DNA of 64,000 nucleotides from Rhodospirillales bacterium (GTDB lineage: Bacteria > Pseudomonadota > Alphaproteobacteria > Rhodospirillales > UBA2165), in assembly GCA_012960465.1 (NCBI GenBank), contig DUBF01000058.1:33627-97626 (forward strand), written 5' to 3'. The notes under the pieces are model-generated. The model did no database searches. It saw only the letters and a list, made by a program, of their open reading frames with translations, and was not told where the DNA came from. Position numbers and translations under genes: made by a program. This document shows, piece by piece, positions 58,719 to 64,000 of the stretch (within the stretch, counting starts at the first letter, position 1; each line of letters opens with the position of its first letter).

Positions 58719-59678
58719 TCACTTCTTAAATTGACGCCACTTAGCAACGTTACGGTTATGTTCAGTTAAATTTTTTGCAAAAGTATGACCCCCCGTTCCA
58801 TCTGCGACGAAGTATAGCTCGTCAGTATCAACTGGATTCATCACAGCTTTTATCGACGCTCGGCCAGGATTAGTGATAGGGTCTGGGGGTAACCCTTTGG
58901 TATAGTATGTGTTATATTCACTTGGTGTTTGAAGATCTTCCCTGCTTAAAGCACGGACTAATTCTCTTCGCCCCTTTGTTATAGAAAAACTAACCGTTGG
59001 ATCTGATTGTAATTTCATATTAAGGCGTAAACGGTTTATAAAAACTCCAGCCACACGGGCACGTTCTGCTGAACGTCCCGTTTCTTTTTCAACAATTGAT
59101 GCTAAAATAATAGCATCTTTAATACTAAAGATTGGCAAGTTAGGGATGCGATTTTTCCATAAATTAGCAAGGACTCTTTTCATACTACCCTGCATCCTCT
59201 TTATTAAAGTATTCCGATTATCTCCATAGGAAAAATAATAAGTCTCAGGTAATAGCTCGCCTTCATTCTGAGGCATAATAGCTTTTCCAACCAATCCATT
59301 AGTCTTATTCAATATCTCAAGAATTTGCCCATTTGTTAAACCTTCAGCAACTGTTAGGCGACGAACAACCTGCTTACCTTTTTGTAATATAGCCAAAACA
59401 TCGCGCGGACTTACGTTTTTTGTGAAAGAAAACTCTCCTGCCTGGAGTTTCTTATTAGCACCAATGGTTCTAGCAGCAATACTGAGAATAAGGGGAATTT
59501 TAATCACATTTTGACGACTCAGTAAAATTGCAATGCGTTCGATTCCAACGCCGCGCGGAATTATAACAGTTTTTTCGGCAGTTAACGGACCCGGTTGGAT
59601 AAACTGACCATAAACCCAAAAACCTAAGCCCGAAAACACCGCAATAAAGAGAAATAATAAAATAATCAGCCAACGCAT
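58719..59678 (-). CDS. mltG: endolytic murein transglycosylase MltG (YceG-like)
   Basis: N-terminal TM anchor, then ASIVEKE and the YNTY...GLPPDPITNPG signature. Confidence 0.9.
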   Translation of the reverse strand: MRWLIILLFLFIAVFSGLGFWVYGQFIQPGPLTAEKTVIIPRGVGIERIAILLSRQNVIKIPLILSIAARTIGANKKLQAGEFSFTKNVSPRDVLAILQKGKQVVRRLTVAEGLTNGQILEILNKTNGLVGKAIMPQNEGELLPETYYFSYGDNRNTLIKRMQGSMKRVLANLWKNRIPNLPIFSIKDAIILASIVEKETGRSAERARVAGVFINRLRLNMKLQSDPTVSFSITKGRRELVRALSREDLQTPSEYNTYYTKGLPPDPITNPGRASIKAVMNPVDTDELYFVADGTGGHTFAKNLTEHNRNVAKWRQFKK

Positions 59679-59696
59679 AATACATACAATTGAAAT

Positions 59697-60959
59697 CTAT
59701 AAAAATTCAGACATGACCAGGCTCGCATTTGTACCACCAAATCCAAAAGAATTCGATAATACATTTCGCACACGACGTTCCTGAGATTTGTGTGGAACTA
59801 GATTAAGATCGCAACCCACAGAGGGATTATCTAGGTTCAAAGTTGGCGGAACAATTTTATGCTTAATCGCTAACATTGAGAAAATAGCTTCTACGGCACC
59901 AGCAGCACCTAATAAGTGTCCTGTCGCCGATTTTGTTGATGACATAGCTATATCATTAGCTGAATTCCCAAAAAGACGTTTTACTGCATTAACTTCAATT
60001 GCATCACCAAGTGGCGTAGAGGTTCCATGAGCATTTATATAATCAATATCAGATGGATTTAACGCCGCACGTTTAAGGGCTATCTGCATCGACCTATAAG
60101 CCCCATTTCCATCTTCGGCTGGAGCTGTAATATGGTGCGCGTCACCAGACATACCGTAGCCGACGACTTCGGCATATATATTGGCATTGCGATTTTTAGC
60201 ATGTTCAAGCTCTTCCAACACTACGATTCCTGCACCCTCGCCAATGACAAAACCATCACGATCGATATCCCAAGGTCGCGAAGCCTTCTCAGGTGTATCA
60301 TTAAAGGCCGTGGAAAGAGCCTTAGCTTGAGAAAAACCGTGAACTCCAAGTTTACAAATAGCGGCTTCAGTTCCACCAGCTATCATGACTTCAGCATCTT
60401 CCCACATAATCATCCGAGTTGCGTCACCGATAGCATGAGCACCCGAAGAACAAGCTGTCACAACTGCATGATTAGGTCCTTTGAAACCATGTTTGATAGC
60501 AACGTGCCCAGACACTAGGTTGATTAAACTTGCGGGTATAAAAAATGGACTGAGGTGACGAAGGTTACCGCCATGAACCAAAGTTGCAGCTTTTTCAATT
60601 TCGGGCAAACCACCAATGCCAGAACCGATGAGAACGCCTGTTCTTTCACGGCTCGCATCATGTACAGGTATCCAACCAGCATCTGCGATTGCAAAATCTG
60701 CAGCCACTAAACCATATTGGATAAAAGTATCCATCCTACGTTTTTCTTTGTTGGATATCAGGTCATCATTATTGAAACTGCCAGCAAGATTCTTATCTCT
60801 CGGCACTTCCCCTGCTATTCGAGAAGATAATTGGGTGGCATCAAAAGATTTTATTGGTCCTAGGCCCGATTTTCCCTCAATCAATCTATTCCACGTCAAA
60901 TCTGCTCCACAAGCAAGTGGAGTAACAAGACCTATACCAGTAACAACCACACGTCTCAT
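59697..60959 (-). CDS. fabF: beta-ketoacyl-ACP synthase II
   Basis: Contains RRVVVTGIG, the active-site ACSSGAHAIG, HGTSTPLGD and NSFGFGGTNASL. Confidence 0.97.
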   Translation of the reverse strand: MRRVVVTGIGLVTPLACGADLTWNRLIEGKSGLGPIKSFDATQLSSRIAGEVPRDKNLAGSFNNDDLISNKEKRRMDTFIQYGLVAADFAIADAGWIPVHDASRERTGVLIGSGIGGLPEIEKAATLVHGGNLRHLSPFFIPASLINLVSGHVAIKHGFKGPNHAVVTACSSGAHAIGDATRMIMWEDAEVMIAGGTEAAICKLGVHGFSQAKALSTAFNDTPEKASRPWDIDRDGFVIGEGAGIVVLEELEHAKNRNANIYAEVVGYGMSGDAHHITAPAEDGNGAYRSMQIALKRAALNPSDIDYINAHGTSTPLGDAIEVNAVKRLFGNSANDIAMSSTKSATGHLLGAAGAVEAIFSMLAIKHKIVPPTLNLDNPSVGCDLNLVPHKSQERRVRNVLSNSFGFGGTNASLVMSEFL

Positions 60960-61058
60960 TTTGATTCGCGGTACTTTATTAATCAGGATTTAACTATGCA
61001 TAGCCGTAACCCATATTCTAAAGATACAAGTTCAACCGAGCACAAAGTATCTCTATTA

Positions 61059-61292
61059 TCAAACTTGTGTCGAGAGAAGATCAACAGCATCTTTAACAGT
61101 TAGAATTTTTTCAGCAGCATCATCGGGAATTTCACAACCAAATTCCTCTTCAAATGCCATGACAAGTTCTACTGTATCAAGACTATCAGCGCCAAGATCA
61201 GTAGTAAAAATTGCAGTATCAATAACTTTGTCTGCATCTACGCCTAAGTGCTCGACAATTATATCTTTTACGCGGTTAGTAACATCGCTCAT
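61059..61292 (-). CDS. acpP: acyl carrier protein
   Basis: 77 aa with the [20 protein letters not shown] phosphopantetheine-attachment motif. Confidence 0.97.
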   Translation of the reverse strand: MSDVTNRVKDIIVEHLGVDADKVIDTAIFTTDLGADSLDTVELVMAFEEEFGCEIPDDAAEKILTVKDAVDLLSTQV

Positions 61293-61475
61293 TTTATTCT
61301 ACCTCACTAACTTAATACCGCCGCTTGAAACGCGTCAGATTACCCGACGGTAAACCCCACGACAATTAAAAATATCTATCTATACAAATTTCACGGCTTC
61401 CTAACATACTTTGATTTGCATTACCATACCCACCACAAATCTTAGTTAATTCTTTTAGAAAATAAAAATTCTATC

Positions 61476-62213
61476 TCAAATCATTGCCATCCCACCATTT
61501 ACGTGAAGGGTCTGCCCTGTCACATAACTCGCCTCATCACTGGCAAGAAAGACCACACTTGCCGCTACATCTTTAGCATGGCCCAAACGTCCAGTTGGAA
61601 TTACCCCTAATAATTTACCTCTCTGTTCATCAGTTAAAGCATCAGTCATGGGAGTAACAATAAATCCAGGAGCAACACAGTTAACGGTTATTCCACGCGA
61701 AGCTACTTCTTGTGCCAACGATTTTGACATTCCGATCAACCCTGACTTCGACGCTGCATAATTTGCCTGTCCAGCATTGCCAGTAACACCAACAATCGAG
61801 GTAACACTAATAATACGACCAAATCGTTGTTTCATCATGCCACGCAGACAAGCTTTTGATAACTGAAAACTTGCTGTTAAATTGATATTTAGTACAGTAT
61901 CCCAATCCGCATCCTTCATCCGCATAACTAAACTATCGCGGTTTACGCCAGCATTATTTACCAAAATATCAACACCACCTAGAATATTATTACACTCTTT
62001 TACTAGCTGTTGAATCCTCTCTGAATTTGAGAGGTCACAAGCAACAACATGAACATCTTGGCCCAATTTTTCAGCTAAACTATGCAACACATCTTGCCGG
62101 GTACCGGAAAGAATGACTTTAGCTCCTTGGCCATGCAGACCTGCTGCAATTTCACTGCCAATACCACCGGAGGCCCCTGTGACAAGTACTCTTTTTTCAA
62201 CGAAATCAAACAT
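61476..62213 (-). CDS. fabG: 3-oxoacyl-ACP reductase
   Basis: Contains VTGASGGIGSEIA, NNAGV, YAASKSG and LHVNGGMAM. Lies in the fabD-fabG-acpP-fabF cluster. Confidence 0.95.
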   Translation of the reverse strand: MFDFVEKRVLVTGASGGIGSEIAAGLHGQGAKVILSGTRQDVLHSLAEKLGQDVHVVACDLSNSERIQQLVKECNNILGGVDILVNNAGVNRDSLVMRMKDADWDTVLNINLTASFQLSKACLRGMMKQRFGRIISVTSIVGVTGNAGQANYAASKSGLIGMSKSLAQEVASRGITVNCVAPGFIVTPMTDALTDEQRGKLLGVIPTGRLGHAKDVAASVVFLASDEASYVTGQTLHVNGGMAMI

Positions 62214-62238
62214 AGTTTACTCCAATTCTTTTCTATGA

Positions 62239-63183
62239 TCAGAGAGATTCTAAAAAATCAACAATATCATCTGGTCCCTGAATAGAAATACTTTTAAGTT
62301 CTCGGTCAATCCGTCTTGTCAATCCCGTTAGCACTTTGCCTGCTCCAACTTCGATAAGAGTATCAACTCCATTGCCTTTCATAAAGAGTATAGATTCCCT
62401 CCAACGGACCCGGGCGGTCACTTGCTCAACCAAAAGCTGGCGAATTTCATTTGGCGCTGTTTTCCCTTTTGCTATGACATTGGCGACTAACGGAATTATA
62501 GGCTCTTCAATCAACATAGCCGCTAATTCTGTCGCCATAACATCGGCCGCAGAGGCCATCATTGCACAATGAAATGGTGCACTTACCGGCAATAAAATAC
62601 TGCGTTTAGCACCTTTTTTTGTAGCTATCTCGATAGCACGATTTATTGCTGATGTAGTCCCACTCAAAACTATTTGCCCAACGGCGTTATCATTGGCTAT
62701 TGTACAAACTTCCCCTTGTGCAGCCTCAAACGCGATTTCCTCTGCTAGATCCATATCAACACCCAAAATTGCGGCCATACCACCATCACCAATAGGCACT
62801 GCTTCTTGCATCGCTGTCCCTCGAACTTTAAGAATACGGGCGGCATCAATAACCCCAAAGGATTTTGCTGCCGTCAAAGCCGAATATTCCCCGAGCGAAT
62901 GGCCAGCAACAAATTTTGCAACGCTAGCAATATCTAGCCCACCTTCCTTTTCCAAAACACGCATAATCGCAATGCTTACAGCCATCAAAGCCGGCTGAGC
63001 ATTCTCAGTTAACGTTAACTCGTCAATCGGCCCTTCAAACATAATCCTTGATAGGGATTGGCCTAAGGCATCATCAATTTCCTCAAATATCTGCCTAGCA
63101 ACAGGAAAAACTTCCGCCAATTCCTGACCCATACCAACCGATTGCGATCCTTGACCGGGAAATACAAACGCTATATTCATCAT
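62239..63183 (-). CDS. fabD: malonyl CoA-ACP transacylase
   Basis: Contains FVFPGQGSQ, the GHSLGEYSAL active site and SAPFHC. Confidence 0.95.
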   Translation of the reverse strand: MMNIAFVFPGQGSQSVGMGQELAEVFPVARQIFEEIDDALGQSLSRIMFEGPIDELTLTENAQPALMAVSIAIMRVLEKEGGLDIASVAKFVAGHSLGEYSALTAAKSFGVIDAARILKVRGTAMQEAVPIGDGGMAAILGVDMDLAEEIAFEAAQGEVCTIANDNAVGQIVLSGTTSAINRAIEIATKKGAKRSILLPVSAPFHCAMMASAADVMATELAAMLIEEPIIPLVANVIAKGKTAPNEIRQLLVEQVTARVRWRESILFMKGNGVDTLIEVGAGKVLTGLTRRIDRELKSISIQGPDDIVDFLESL

Positions 63184-63336
63184 TTATCCAAACATTCTCT
63201 GATATTTAGTATATCTAAATACTTTATGATCGGTAAAAGAAGTTTTTTGATTGAGTGATAAACGAAGCCTTTTAAGTGTCAAGATATCTATCAAATTTAG
63301 CACAAAAAAAGATCTTATTTTACTCACCTTCGACGC

Positions 63337-63364
63337 TTGCACTCATAAAGATTATCTATATAGT
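63337..63364 (+). promoter_or_regulatory. candidate sigma-70 promoter for the rpsF operon
   Basis: TTGCAC (63337-63342), a 16-nt spacer, then TATAGT (63359-63364), about 90 nt upstream of the rpsF ATG. This is a sequence match only. Confidence 0.4.
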
Positions 63365-63383
63365 GCGCCCTTCAAATTTCCTT

Positions 63384-63431
63384 GCCAGTTTTAAGTCTGG
63401 CTATGCCCGTTTACTGATAAGGTTAGCGGGC
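63384..63431 (+). promoter_or_regulatory. structured 5' leader of rpsF (two hairpins); possible S6:S18 autoregulatory element
   Basis: Hairpin 1 is GCCAG-ttttaagt-CTGGC (63384-63401). Hairpin 2 is GCCCGTT...(loop)...TAGCGGGC (63405-63431). Both lie between the candidate promoter and the AAAGGA Shine-Dalgarno. Confidence 0.3.
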
Positions 63432-63455
63432 TGAGATAAGCCTAAAGGATACAAT

Positions 63456-63923
63456 ATGTCTTTATACGAAACCGTAATAATAATACGTCAAGAGACGTCT
63501 ACCCAACAGGTGGAGGCCTTGGCCGATACCTTTGAAGATATTGTCAAACAAAGTGGCGGAAGCGTTAAAAAACGCGAGAACTGGGGACTTCGCTCTCTTG
63601 CATATAAAATCAAAAAAAATAAAAAAGGTCATTATATTCTTCTTAACATTGAAGCGCCACCAACTGCAATTCATGAAATGGAACGCGTCATGCGTTTAAA
63701 TGAAGATATCCTTCGTTACTTAACTTTAAGGATCGATGAGATTGATGAGGGCCCGTCTATTCCGGCCCAAAATCTGGCTCGCATCGAACGCTCATCTAAA
63801 GGATTTAGTAGTAAAACTGAAGATACAGAAAATTCTAAACCAAAGGAAGACGAAAAAAAGAAAGTAGAGACTACATTGGTGGAAGCTGAAAAAACCGAGA
63901 TCAAAGTTGAAGGAGAAGCTTAA
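63456..63923 (+). CDS. rpsF: 30S ribosomal protein S6 with acidic/lysine-rich C-terminal tail
   Basis: MSLYETVIIIRQE...ENWGLRSLAYKIKK.KKGHYILLN, followed by a ~55-aa E/K-rich extension. Confidence 0.95.
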   Translation: MSLYETVIIIRQETSTQQVEALADTFEDIVKQSGGSVKKRENWGLRSLAYKIKKNKKGHYILLNIEAPPTAIHEMERVMRLNEDILRYLTLRIDEIDEGPSIPAQNLARIERSSKGFSSKTEDTENSKPKEDEKKKVETTLVEAEKTEIKVEGEA

Positions 63924-64000
63924 TGTCTGATTTTGATAATTTTACATCGTCAGAAGATCGCCAACGGGGCGGAGAAAACGGCGGACGTAGGCCATTTTTT
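63923..64000 (+). CDS. rpsR: 30S ribosomal protein S18, N-terminal fragment (runs off window)
   Basis: My own translation from the ATG at 63923, which overlaps the rpsF stop (TAATG), gives MSDFDNFTSSEDRQRGGENGGRRPFF. The RRPFF(RRRK) motif is the usual S18 N-terminal region, and the gene is in the expected position after rpsF. Confidence 0.8.
   Translation, partial: MSDFDNFTSSEDRQRGGENGGRRPFF

Noticed and set aside
1-64000. CRISPR arrays, rRNA genes, insertion sequences, prophage genes, toxin-antitoxin pairs
   Set aside because: I saw no regularly spaced repeats, no rRNA-like conserved strings, no transposase/integrase/capsid-like translations, and no small paired ORFs of TA type. By-eye scanning cannot exclude short or degenerate elements.

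Overview
This 64 kb window is a densely packed chromosomal stretch from an AT-rich genome. I place it in the Alphaproteobacteria because it carries an HdaA-type Hda, an EipB/DUF1849 protein with the characteristic cysteine pair, a DinB with an N-terminal zinc ribbon, and DUF2066 next to purMN. I can support about 57 protein genes, almost all housekeeping and in widely conserved blocks. These are: tlyA(partial)-dxs-ispA-xseB; aspS; rnd; ppk-ppx; hdaA-perM-pgsA-like-DUF2066 divergent from purMN; an RND efflux pair; ndk; an ABC-F ATPase; pepA-holC; lptF-lptG-lptD-surA-pdxA-rsmA; gmk-yicC; mltG-fabF-acpP-fabG-fabD; and rpsF-rpsR(partial). By eye I found no rRNA, tRNA, CRISPR array, transposase, integrase or long repeat. 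The most unusual content is: (1) a divergent AmmeMemoRadiSam locus (40.8-43.6 kb) in which the Memo-like and AMMECR1-like proteins are fused into one polypeptide, inside a ~9 kb block that separates pepA-holC from lptFG; (2) a small accessory islet (25.9-28.1 kb) holding an orphan SF2 DEAH helicase with a 4-Cys ribbon and an unassigned C-terminal domain, followed by what reads as a C-terminal remnant of a UbiD-family decarboxylase; (3) a persulfide dioxygenase-rhodanese fusion whose 3' end overlaps a second MBL-fold gene; (4) an unrecognisable 268-aa acidic protein. Smaller oddities are a C10 tract, a hexanucleotide microsatellite in the RND promoter region, an anomalous purM 5' end and a structured rpsF leader. 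All functional calls come from reading motifs in the supplied translations. No database search was run.
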